Shown here piece after piece: positions 52,607-64,000 of a stretch of 64,000 bases of DNA (the stretch's first letter is position 1; every line of letters begins with the position of its first letter). This stretch comes from Vicinamibacterales bacterium. Lineage in GTDB: Bacteria; Acidobacteriota; Vicinamibacteria; Vicinamibacterales; UBA8438. The notes beneath the pieces are model-generated. The model worked only from the letters and a program-made list of their open reading frames with translations, searched no databases and was not told the DNA's origin. The stretch covers positions 4,286,300 to 4,350,299 of the forward strand of contig OY760136.1 of NCBI GenBank assembly GCA_963663195.1, given 5' to 3'. Both the position numbers and the translations under genes were made by a program.

Positions 52607-55105
52607 ATGTCCGGCCGCCTCGCCGCGCTGCACATGGCCAGCCTCTGGTGCATCGCCGTGGCGCAACCGCTCTTCGACGTCCTGCGGCGCAGCCCCGAGT
52701 TCTTCGTGGCCCACAACGCGGGGCCGATGGACTTGCTGGGCCTGGTGCTGCTGCTCTGCCTGGCCGGACCCGCCCTCCTGGCGCTTGCGCTGTGGATCAG
52801 CGGGTGGCTCGCGCCCGGATGGCGGCCGGGCCTCGCGGGGACCGTCGTCGGCGCGCTCGCCGCGGCCGTCGCGCTCGCCGCGCTCAAGCCGCTCGGCGGC
52901 TGGCACATGAGCCTCCCGCTGGCCGCGGCGGCGGGCTGCGGCGCGGCGGCCGGGATCGCCTACGTCCGGTTCGCGCCGGTCCGGCTGTTCGCCACCTTCC
53001 TCTCACCCGCGCTCGTGGTGGCGCCGGCGGCATTCCTGCTGAATCCGGCCATGAGCGGTCTGCTGGCGGCGTCCGACGATCAGCCGGCGCTCGACGTCTC
53101 CTTCGGCGCCACGCCGCCGGTGGTGGTCGTCGTCTTCGACCAGCTGCCGCTCGCCTCCCTGCTCGACGGCGACGGCCGCATCGACGCGGCGCTCTACCCG
53201 CACTTCGCGGCGCTGGCCGGCGACTCGACGTGGTTCCGCAACGCGAGCGCCGTTGCCGAGTACACCGGCTTCGCCCTGCCGGCGATCCTGACCGGTAAAT
53301 ATCCGCAGCGCAGCCGCCTGCCGCTGGCGGCCGACTACCCGGAGAACCTGTTTACGCTGCTCGGCGGACGTTACCGCCTGCACGTCCAGGAACCGCTGAC
53401 CGAGCTGTGCCCGGCGGTGCTCTGCCCGCCGCCGCGCGCGGGACCGGCGGCGCGGCTGGCGTCCGTCCTGAGCGACCTGGCCGTGGTCTATCTCGCTGTT
53501 GTCCTGCCGGACGACTTGGCCGCGGCCCTGCCGCCCGTGACGCAGGGCTGGCGCGATTTCGCCGCGCGGGACACGCTCGCCGCGCGGGACACGTTCGCCG
53601 AGCGGTTCTTCGCGCCGCGGCCCGACCCGCGCGACACGGTCGCCGCGTTCATCGCGTCGATTGGCGCCGGCACGGCTCGCAACGAACCGGCGCTCTACTT
53701 CCTGCACACGTTGCTGCCGCACCATCCGTGGATCCACCTGCGCAGCGGCCAGCGGTTCACGCTGCAACGCGGCGACGTCGGCCTGCGCAACGAGCGCTGG
53801 GTGGACGACGAGTGGGCCGCCGCGATCCGCTACCAGCGGCACCTGCTGCAGGTGCAGCACGTCGACACGATCGTCGGGCAGCTGACGACGCGCCTGCGCG
53901 AGACGGGGCTGTACGAAGACGCGCTGATCGTGATCACGGCGGACCACGGCGCGAGCCTGCGTCCCGGTTTCCCCTTCCTGCAGGCAACCGAAGCCTCGTT
54001 CGCCGACGTCGCGGCCGTGCCGCTGTTCATCAAGCGGCCCGGCCAGCGGGGTGGAGCGACGGTGGACGCCGGCGTCGAGACCATTGACATTCTCCCCTCG
54101 CTGGCAGCCGAGCTGGGCGTGCGGCTGCCGTGGACCCCCGACGGCGCCAACGTGCTCGATCCGGCCTGGAGCGGCCGCCCCGCCAGGACACTGCTGGCCG
54201 GCGGCGCGACCCGCCGCATGGAGGGTCCGGCCGATCTGCGCGGCGCCGTCATGGAGCGCGTCGCCCACAAGCTGCGGTTATTCGCCGCGGGCGACCCGCT
54301 GAACCCGCCGGTCCCCGGCGGACGCCGCGATCTGATCGGGAGGCCGGCCGCGGACTTCCCTGCCGCCGCGGCGGCGGACATTGCGGTGACCGTCGATGCA
54401 CCGGAGCTGCTGGGCGCCGTCGACCTCGAAAGCGACTTCGTGCCGGCGCACGTCACCGGCACCGCCGGCGGACCTGACGGCGCGCCGCCGCCCCTGCTGG
54501 CGGTCGCGCTCAACGGCGTGGTGGCGGCGGTCACGCGGCCGTATCCGTTCCGCGCCTACGGCAGCGACGCCGCCTGGGAGGCGATCGTCGACCCCGGCCA
54601 GCTCAGGTCGGGTGCAAATACGCTCGACGTGTTCGCGGTCCACGAGCGCGCGGACGGGACCATCGGACTGGCGCCCGCATATGCCGGCGGCGGCGAGCCG
54701 GTCGTTCCCAATCTGCTGCGCGACACGGCCGTCGAATTGCTGGGAGTGACGTTTACCGGCTTTCACGGGCCGGAGCGCGCCGAGGGCCAGGCGTTCCGCT
54801 GGACCACCGGAGAGGCCAGCCTCACCGTGCCGATTGACCCGGCAGCGCCGCCCGCCGCGCTGGCGGTCGACATACTGATGACGGGCCGGCCGAAGCGGCT
54901 CCGCATCGAGGCGGACGGATGCACCGTGTTCGACGACACCATCCGGAACCGCTGGAACGAGACGTTTGCGCTCGACGGCTGCCGGCTCACGCCGCCCAAC
55001 CTGGAGATCCGCCTCGCGAGCGACACCCACGTCCCCGACGGCAGCGACAACCGCACCCTCGGCGTCGGCGTCGCGGCGGTCGAATTGCGCGCTGGTGCGC
55101 GCTGA
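52607..55105 (+). CDS. sulfatase-like (alkaline-phosphatase superfamily) membrane hydrolase/transferase with a C-terminal beta-rich domain
   Basis: It has N-terminal TM helices. Then come PPVVVVVFDQLP, FLHTLLPHHPW and LIVITADHGAS. The start is ATG 52607 (or GTG 52601). Confidence 0.75.
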   Translation: MSGRLAALHMASLWCIAVAQPLFDVLRRSPEFFVAHNAGPMDLLGLVLLLCLAGPALLALALWISGWLAPGWRPGLAGTVVGALAAAVALAALKPLGGWHMSLPLAAAAGCGAAAGIAYVRFAPVRLFATFLSPALVVAPAAFLLNPAMSGLLAASDDQPALDVSFGATPPVVVVVFDQLPLASLLDGDGRIDAALYPHFAALAGDSTWFRNASAVAEYTGFALPAILTGKYPQRSRLPLAADYPENLFTLLGGRYRLHVQEPLTELCPAVLCPPPRAGPAARLASVLSDLAVVYLAVVLPDDLAAALPPVTQGWRDFAARDTLAARDTFAERFFAPRPDPRDTVAAFIASIGAGTARNEPALYFLHTLLPHHPWIHLRSGQRFTLQRGDVGLRNERWVDDEWAAAIRYQRHLLQVQHVDTIVGQLTTRLRETGLYEDALIVITADHGASLRPGFPFLQATEASFADVAAVPLFIKRPGQRGGATVDAGVETIDILPSLAAELGVRLPWTPDGANVLDPAWSGRPARTLLAGGATRRMEGPADLRGAVMERVAHKLRLFAAGDPLNPPVPGGRRDLIGRPAADFPAAAAADIAVTVDAPELLGAVDLESDFVPAHVTGTAGGPDGAPPPLLAVALNGVVAAVTRPYPFRAYGSDAAWEAIVDPGQLRSGANTLDVFAVHERADGTIGLAPAYAGGGEPVVPNLLRDTAVELLGVTFTGFHGPERAEGQAFRWTTGEASLTVPIDPAAPPAALAVDILMTGRPKRLRIEADGCTVFDDTIRNRWNETFALDGCRLTPPNLEIRLASDTHVPDGSDNRTLGVGVAAVELRAGAR

Positions 55106-55108
55106 GAG

Positions 55109-56902
55109 TCAAATTCTTTCGAAGCGCTTCTCGAGCTCCTGCCGCGACAAGCGCAGCAGCACCGGGCGGCCGTGCGGGCAGACCGTCGAATAGGCGGTGC
55201 GCCGCAGCTCCCGGAGGAGCCACGACATCTTCTCCATGGTCAGGCGGTCGTTGGCCTTGACGGCGGCGTGACAGGCGGTGGTGGCCGCGATGCGCCCGAG
55301 CGCGGCGGCGGCGCCGGTCCCGCGTTCGAGCCCCTCCAGGTCTTCGGCCAGCGCGCGGATGGCCGCCTCGGACACGGCGCGGCCCAGCAGGCTGGGAACC
55401 GCCGCCACCTGCACGCTGTCGCCGCCGAACGGCTCGATCTCGAAGCCCAGCCGCGCCAGGTCGCCCGCGTGCGCCGCGAGCACCGCCCGGCCGGCCGGCG
55501 GCAGGGTGATGACCAGCGGATCCAGCAGCCGCTGCGCCTGCACCGGCCCCTCGGTCAGGCGGCGCATCACCTGCTCGAACAGGATCCGCTCGTGCGCCAC
55601 GTGCTGGTCGATGATGACGATCCCGTCGTTGTCGACCGCCACGATGAACGTATCACGGCACTGACCCAGCGGAATCAGCGGCCCCGTGCCCATGGCACTC
55701 AGGTCGCCCGCCGCGGCCGGCTCGACCGCCGCCGCCGCGCTGTCGCGCACCATGTCCTGACCGTCCTCGCGGGGCGCCTCGCGGCGGAACAGGTCGGTCA
55801 CCGGACCCCAGCGGCTGGAGGCTCCCAATCCGCCCAGCACTCCCGGAATGGATTGGGCGCGCGGCTCGGGTACGGCCGCGGCGGGCCGTTCCAGCGGCAC
55901 CTGCGGGACCACCTCCTGGCCTAGCGCCGCGCCAAGCGCGCGCCGCACCACCTCGTGCACCAGCGACTGCTCCAGGAACCGCACTTCGTTCTTGGCCGGA
56001 TGCACGTTGACGTCCACCCGCTGCGGCGGGACTTCGAGGAACAGATGCGCCTCCGGCCGGCGCGGCTTGATCGTCGCGCGGCGGTACGCCTCGCCGATCG
56101 CGTGCGCGATGGTCTTGTCCTTCACCGCGCGCCGGTTGACGAACAGGTGCTGCGGGCCGTTCGCCGGCGCCTCGCCGGCAAGCGCGGCGGCGAAGCCGAC
56201 GAGACGGATGCCGGCCGCCTCCTTGCGCACCTCCACCAGGTCCGGCCGCTCCCCGTATATCTGCTGAAAACGCTCGGCGAGCGAGGCGGCCGGCGCACAG
56301 TCGATCAGCGTGCGCGGTCCGCTGATCAGGGTGAAGCCGATTTCGAAGAAGCCCAGCGCGAGTTGCGTGACGCCGCGCGAGATGTGCCCCGTCTCGGCGC
56401 CGTCGGACTTCAGGAACTTGCGGCGCGCCGGCACGTTGTAGAAGAGGTCGCGCACCTCCACGACCGTGCCGGGCGGCGCGCCGGCGGGCGCCACCTCGGC
56501 CGCGCCGCCGCCGGCCACGCGCACCTCGACGCCTTCGCCGGCGTCGCGCGCGCGCGTCCGCAGGCTCAGTCGCGACACCGAGCCGATGCTCGGCAGCGCC
56601 TCCCCGCGGAACCCCAGCGTGGCGATGGCCGCGAGATCCTCGGCGCGGGCGATCTTGCTCGTTGCGTGGCGCTCGACGGCCAATGCCGCATCCGCGGCGG
56701 TCATCCCCTCGCCGTCGTCCTCGACGCGGATTAGCCGCTTGCCACCGAACTCGATGGTGACGACTATGCGCTTCGCCCCGGCGTCGAGGGCGTTCTCCAC
56801 CAGTTCCTTGACCGCCGAGGCGGGACGCTCGACTACCTCGCCGGCCGCTATCTGGTTGGCCAGTCCGGCCGGCAGGCGGATGATCTTGCCCTCGGCAGTC
56901 AC
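55109..56902 (-). CDS. mutL: DNA mismatch repair endonuclease MutL
   Basis: LANQIAAGEVVERPASAVKELVENALDAGA, the endonuclease motif DQHVAHERILFE and C-terminal CPHGRP. The GTG start at 56902 lies after the ppdK stop. Confidence 0.9.
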   Translation of the reverse strand: MTAEGKIIRLPAGLANQIAAGEVVERPASAVKELVENALDAGAKRIVVTIEFGGKRLIRVEDDGEGMTAADAALAVERHATSKIARAEDLAAIATLGFRGEALPSIGSVSRLSLRTRARDAGEGVEVRVAGGGAAEVAPAGAPPGTVVEVRDLFYNVPARRKFLKSDGAETGHISRGVTQLALGFFEIGFTLISGPRTLIDCAPAASLAERFQQIYGERPDLVEVRKEAAGIRLVGFAAALAGEAPANGPQHLFVNRRAVKDKTIAHAIGEAYRRATIKPRRPEAHLFLEVPPQRVDVNVHPAKNEVRFLEQSLVHEVVRRALGAALGQEVVPQVPLERPAAAVPEPRAQSIPGVLGGLGASSRWGPVTDLFRREAPREDGQDMVRDSAAAAVEPAAAGDLSAMGTGPLIPLGQCRDTFIVAVDNDGIVIIDQHVAHERILFEQVMRRLTEGPVQAQRLLDPLVITLPPAGRAVLAAHAGDLARLGFEIEPFGGDSVQVAAVPSLLGRAVSEAAIRALAEDLEGLERGTGAAAALGRIAATTACHAAVKANDRLTMEKMSWLLRELRRTAYSTVCPHGRPVLLRLSRQELEKRFERI

Positions 56903-56918
56903 CTTGCTCGCGGTCCGG

Positions 56919-59654
<2,736 letters not shown>

Positions 59655-59764
59655 GCGGATTGATCGTGCTCTTCCTGGGGGACTCCCCGGTCGTGAAACG
59701 GCGTTTCGATTGTTCGTTCGGGTCGCTGCGCGCGGTGCAGGGGTATTTTATAGAGTTCTTGCAC

Positions 59765-60736
59765 ATGGAATCCGCCATCCGGATGCGCGGCGTCACCAAG
59801 ACCTTCGGACCGCTGACCGCCGTGGACCGTCTCGATATCGACGTGCCGCGCGGCGGGCTGTACGGCTTCATCGGCCCCAACGGCGCCGGCAAGACGACCA
59901 CCATCCGCATGATCATGTCGATTCTCTTCCCGGATTCCGGCGAGATCTCCATCCTGCAGCGTCCGTCCGCCCTGGAGGCGAAGGACCGCATCGGCTATCT
60001 GCCGGAAGAGCGGGGCCTGTACCGGCGCATGCGGGTGCGCGCGTTCCTGCGCTACATGGCGCGCCTGAAGGACGCCGACGGGCCGCACGTCGACCGGGAG
60101 ATCTCCGCGGCGCTCGAGCGGGTCGGCCTGACCGGCGTCGAGCGCAAGCGCTGCGACGAGCTGTCCAAGGGAATGTCCCAGAAAGTGCAGTTCGTGGCCG
60201 CGACGCTGCACAGGCCGGACCTGCTGATCCTCGACGAGCCGTTCAGCGGCCTCGATCCGGTCAGCATGCGCACGCTGCGCGACATCGTCCTCGAGGAGCA
60301 CGCACGCGGCGCCACCATCCTGCTCTCGACGCATGTCATGCCGCAGGCCGAGGACATCTGCGAGCACATTGTCATGGTGCACGCGGGCCGCAAGGTGCTG
60401 GACGACGATCTTGCCGCCATCCGCGGCCGGTACGATCCGCGATCGATCCGCTTCGAGCCGCTCCGGCCGGATGCGGACACAGACAGCCTGACCGCCATTC
60501 CCGAGGTGGAACGCGTACGGCGCGCGGACCGCGGCGCGGAGGTCCTGCTGCGCGACAACGCCGATCCGACCGCGGCCATGCGGCGCATTCTCGACATGTT
60601 GCCCGCCGCGCGCATCGAGCTGGCGCGCCCGCGCCTCGAGGACATATTCATCCGGCTCGTCGCCAGGGAGGCCCCGGTGGCCGAGCACGACCGGCTCCGC
60701 GACGCGCTGAGCGGCGAAGAACGGGATACCGCGTGA
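59765..60736 (+). CDS. ABC transporter ATP-binding protein (ABC-2/NatA-like)
   Basis: Walker A GPNGAGKTT, signature LSKGMSQK and Walker B LLILDEPFSGLD. Confidence 0.9.
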   Translation: MESAIRMRGVTKTFGPLTAVDRLDIDVPRGGLYGFIGPNGAGKTTTIRMIMSILFPDSGEISILQRPSALEAKDRIGYLPEERGLYRRMRVRAFLRYMARLKDADGPHVDREISAALERVGLTGVERKRCDELSKGMSQKVQFVAATLHRPDLLILDEPFSGLDPVSMRTLRDIVLEEHARGATILLSTHVMPQAEDICEHIVMVHAGRKVLDDDLAAIRGRYDPRSIRFEPLRPDADTDSLTAIPEVERVRRADRGAEVLLRDNADPTAAMRRILDMLPAARIELARPRLEDIFIRLVAREAPVAEHDRLRDALSGEERDTA

Positions 60737-62103
60737 GGCGCATCCTGCACGTCGCCCTGCGCGACTTCCTCGCGATCGTGGCGACCAAGGGCTTCCTCAT
60801 CGGATTGCTGCTCGGGCCGACCCTCGGCGCCGTCACGATTGTCGCCGCGCCGTGGCTCTTCGGCGACCGGGAGTATCGGATCGAGAGCGACTACGCCGTG
60901 ATCGACCCGACCGGCGCCGCGTTCGACGAGTTGGCGGTGGCGCTCGACCCGGACACCGTCGCGAGCCGGCAGCGCGAGGCACTCCGCCGTGGCCTGGACA
61001 GCGTGCCCGAAGCGTTTCGCGGCGTGGCGGAGGACACGCTGCAGGAATCCCTCGAGGCGGCCACCGGACCGCCTCCCGACATTCGTCTGACGGCGCTCCC
61101 CGCGGGCATGGACGACGACGCGGCCAAGGCCTGGCTCACCGCGGAGCCCGACGGGACGCGCCGCACGGCGCTCATCGTCATCCACGACGACGCGGTCAAG
61201 GCTTTCGGACCGGAACGGGACTTCGGGACCTACGACCTGTACGTGCGCCCCAACCTCGACAACCGGGAGCTCAGGTTTATCCACGACAGCGTCCGGGACG
61301 CCATCGTCAACGCGCGGGTCGCGGCGCAGGGCCTGGACCGGGGCCGCATGGAGGCCGTGCTCCGGGTGCCGCGGCCACCCTCGACCACGGTCGGCCCGGA
61401 TGCCGAACGCGAAACCGTCGCGGGGTTCAACGAGTTCCTGCCGCTGGCGTTCATGATCCTGATGTTCATGGGGATCGTGAGCGGCGGCCAGATGATGCTG
61501 ACCTCGACTGTCGAGGAGAAATCGAGCCGCATCGTCGAGGTGCTGCTGTCGGCCGTGTCCCCCACGGAGCTGATGGCCGGCAAGCTGCTCGGCGCCATGG
61601 CGCTCAGCCTGCTGACGATCGGCCTGTACCTCGCGATCGGGCTGGCCCTGCTCGCATCCTTCTCGCTGTTCGGCCTGCTCGATCCGTGGCTGCTCGTCTA
61701 CCTGCTGATCTTCTTCCTGATAGGCTTCTTCGTGATCGGCTCCCTGATGCTGGCGGTGGGCGCCGCGGTCAACGACATGCGCGAGGCGGGCACGCTGCAA
61801 ACGCCGCTGATCATGGTCGTCATGACCCCCTGGTTCTTCTGGCCGGCCATTTCCCGCAGTCCCGATTCCACGCTCGCCGTCGTCCTGAGCTATCTGCCGC
61901 CCGTCAACTCCTTTGCGATGCTCATCCGGATGACGTCGACGCAGCCGCCGCCCTGGTGGGAGGTATGGCTCTCGATCGCCGTCGGCCTGGCGTCCGTGGC
62001 CGGCGCCGTGTGGGTCGCCGCGAAAGTGTTCCGCATCGGACTGCTGATGTACGGCAAGCCCCCCGACCTCAGGACCCTGATCCGCTGGATCCGGGCCGCG
62101 TAG
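60733..62103 (+). CDS. ABC-2 type transporter permease with a large extracytoplasmic loop
   Basis: The GTG start overlaps the ATPase stop (GTGA). There is one N-terminal TM helix, a loop of about 190 aa, and then 5 C-terminal TM helices. Confidence 0.8.
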   Translation: MRRILHVALRDFLAIVATKGFLIGLLLGPTLGAVTIVAAPWLFGDREYRIESDYAVIDPTGAAFDELAVALDPDTVASRQREALRRGLDSVPEAFRGVAEDTLQESLEAATGPPPDIRLTALPAGMDDDAAKAWLTAEPDGTRRTALIVIHDDAVKAFGPERDFGTYDLYVRPNLDNRELRFIHDSVRDAIVNARVAAQGLDRGRMEAVLRVPRPPSTTVGPDAERETVAGFNEFLPLAFMILMFMGIVSGGQMMLTSTVEEKSSRIVEVLLSAVSPTELMAGKLLGAMALSLLTIGLYLAIGLALLASFSLFGLLDPWLLVYLLIFFLIGFFVIGSLMLAVGAAVNDMREAGTLQTPLIMVVMTPWFFWPAISRSPDSTLAVVLSYLPPVNSFAMLIRMTSTQPPPWWEVWLSIAVGLASVAGAVWVAAKVFRIGLLMYGKPPDLRTLIRWIRAA

Positions 62104-62218
62104 GAGCCAGTCCAGCACCAGCCTGCCCGCGGTGCCGACGCTCGAAGCGTGAGGCTGTCGATTGCCGCTGGGGCTCGCCACCCCTTCCGGATGCGACGCG
62201 GTATCCGTACATTGCTTC

Positions 62219-62964
62219 TCACAACCCCGGGCGGCTCCGGGGCTCGCCGCGGAACACTTCACGGCGGTGCCAGGTAACGAAGCCGGCGTCCGGCTGTTGC
62301 GACTCTTCCTGCGGAGGCCTTAGCGGCTTTCCACGATAATCGAGCAGCTCCCTGAACGCCGCGCTCTGGCCGCTCACCTCGTTCGAGACGAGCAGACGAT
62401 GTTCCCCGACCGCGCCTTCGAGCCCGATCACTCCGCGGTCGAGCGCACGGTGGTGGTAGACGCACAGTGCGAGGCCGTTTGGCACGACGTCCGGACCATC
62501 GTGTGAGTGCCACTTGATGTGCGCCGCCTCCAGGCCGAACAGGTCACCCGCGATCTGCAGGTCGAAGTCGCAGACCGCGCACCGCCGCTCGTAGGCCCGC
62601 AGCACGGCGTGCCGGAAGTCGGGGTCCCGCGGCGCACGGCCGCCAGTATCCCCCTCCCGCGCCAGCGAGGCGGGAGCATCAAGGGTTCGTCGGCGGTTAC
62701 TGCCCACAATCCTCCCTCGCCTTCGGATTGCAGATGCCAGAATGGGTTCTCCGGATGCACTACCTTCCGTGGAGGCCCGAATTCCCGGAGCAGGCGCGCA
62801 ATTGGCTTGTGCGCCTCCCGTGCGTACGACGCTAGCCGCGGCTCGCCCTGCCGGACGCGTCCGAGCGCCCAGAGCAGGGTTAGCGGTTTGTGGGGTGCGC
62901 GCGAATCTCCGCGCTTCCATGGTCTGAGCCCGTCGATGGCGTCAAGCAGGCGCTGGCGGTTCAT
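62219..62964 (-). pseudogene. frameshifted and internally shortened SBD-HNH endonuclease (phosphorothioated-DNA-dependent restriction type)
   Basis: One frame (62964 to about 62670) reads RAPHKPLTLLWALGRV...PENPFWHLQSEGEGGLWAV. A second frame (about 62690 to 62219) reads DPDFRHAVLRAYERRCAVCDF...LEAAHIKWHSHDGPDVVPNGLALCVYHHRALDRGVIGL...VTWHRREVFRG. The junction is near 62650-62700. Confidence 0.65.
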
Positions 62965-63406
62965 CAGTGACAGCGTTTGTCAGGCGCTTCAGGAGATCCT
63001 CGAGACCCGGGTGGACGGACGCAATCCATGGAGGCCCAGATGCCGCGAATCGAGGAACTCAGCTCGAAAGCTCACGACCTGTACTGGCAAATCGAGGACT
63101 GGATGTCCGACTTTCAGATTCCCGAAGAGCGTGTCAACGAAGCTCTCAGCTTATCCACGCAACTCGATGACGAGTTAGCCCGCATTTCTCACCAGCCTTC
63201 TGCTGCGGCCGCCGATCCGCTCGCTGTGGCGGGCCGTACTCCCTCACGCCGCTTCGACGTAGTTACGACTACGTCTGCAACGTCGTTTAGTCCGTGCGAC
63301 CCACCACCGCGGCGCCTCGACGACCTCGCGACGAACGCTGGTGAGAAATGCGGGCTAACCAGGCTCCGCAAGGACGCAGAGATCCGCAGGCGCGAAAAAA
63401 CGCCTC

Positions 63407-64000
63407 CTACCCCTCCCGGACGATCTCCGACACGTCGGCGAGCTGCAGGATCACCTGCTCCACCTGCTGCATGAGGCGCAGGCGGGCGGTGCGCAGGGTG
63501 CGGTCGTCGGCCATGACGAACACCTCGTTGAAGAAGCGGTCGACGGCGGGGCCGATCTTCGCGGCCTCGGCGAAGGCCGCCTGGAATCCGCTGCCCCGCT
63601 CCACCGCCGCGTCGATGACCGATCGGCGCGCTGTCAATTCCTGCAGCAGGGCGCGCTCGGCCGGCTCGGTGAGCACGGCCTCGAACGGTTCGTCCGACGC
63701 GGCCTGCGCGGCGTCGGGCGGCAGCTCGCGGGCGATGTTCTTGACCCGCTTGAAGAGCGTTGCCAGCGTCCGGAAGTCGGCGCTGTCGGTGAACTCCGGC
63801 AGCACCTCCAGCTTGCGGCGCGCGTCGAGCGGACGGATTCGGTCGAGCGGCTGGTGCGTCACGGCGCGCACGTTGCGGACGTCGAAGCCGCGCGCTTCCA
63901 GGATGTAGCGCAGTCGGTCCAGCAGAAACGCCGTTTCGCGGTTGCGCGCTGCCGGGTCGGATGCCTCGACCTGGTGCTGCTCGACCGCCAGGCTACGTAG
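63407..64000 (-). CDS. glyS: glycine--tRNA ligase beta subunit, C-terminal part (5' end outside the window)
   Basis: The frame is open to the window edge. The sequence reads FLLDRLRYILEARGFDVRNVRAV...FKRVKNIAREL...VDRFFNEVFVMADDRTLRTARLRLM. Confidence 0.85.
   Translation of the reverse strand, partial: LRSLAVEQHQVEASDPAARNRETAFLLDRLRYILEARGFDVRNVRAVTHQPLDRIRPLDARRKLEVLPEFTDSADFRTLATLFKRVKNIARELPPDAAQAASDEPFEAVLTEPAERALLQELTARRSVIDAAVERGSGFQAAFAEAAKIGPAVDRFFNEVFVMADDRTLRTARLRLMQQVEQVILQLADVSEIVREG

Noticed and set aside
62977-63474. 165-aa plus-strand ORF between the decayed endonuclease and glyS.
   Set aside because: The C-terminal half is Pro/Arg/Ala low-complexity sequence and overlaps the well-supported glyS 3' end. 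At most the first ~60 codons could be real, and these are reported only as a finding.

Overview
This is a 64-kb, very GC-rich bacterial chromosomal window that is almost fully coding and mostly housekeeping.

**Recognisable content**
- A long minus-strand array: uvrC-trpS-scpA-scpB-rluB-cmk-rpsA-ihfB-HIT.
- efp, an HtrA-type protease, mpg-uvrA and furA-katG.
- A fused MFS/spermidine-synthase-like protein and an esterase.
- A beta-propeller phytase next to a TonB-dependent receptor.
- htpG, a YtxH/DUF948-like pair, uvrB, an Acidobacteria-type VWA protein and a DHH phosphoesterase.
- A patatin-like membrane protein, greA, and a TrmH-family methyltransferase coupled to rarA.
- A PQQ dehydrogenase, a second TonB-dependent receptor and a sulfatase-like membrane protein.
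- mutL, ppdK, an ABC-2 transporter pair, a partial glyS, tRNA-Thr(CGU) and tRNA-Val(CAC).

The marker genes suggest an Acidobacteriota-like origin. This is inference only. I saw no CRISPR array, transposase, integrase or rRNA.

**Most interesting signals**
1. An intergenic GC-rich multi-hairpin (REP/MITE-like) repeat family has 8 copies or fragments. Some copies intrude into gene ends (rluB 5' end, mpg 3' end) and two sit in the rpsA leader.
2. An uncharacterised cluster lies next to furA-katG. It holds three paralogous signal-peptide proteins, a small periplasmic protein predicted to mature with an N-terminal His-His, and a SnoaL-fold protein.
3. Accessory or defence remnants sit at both window edges. 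One edge has a DUF222-HNH gene and a hicAB pair with an atypical HicB fusion. The other has a frameshifted, internally shortened SBD-HNH (phosphorothioate-dependent type) endonuclease beside a lower-GC orphan stretch.
4. A patatin-like protein has its nucleophile serine position replaced.

Many long ORFs in the track are antisense or out-of-frame artefacts of the high GC content and were not called.
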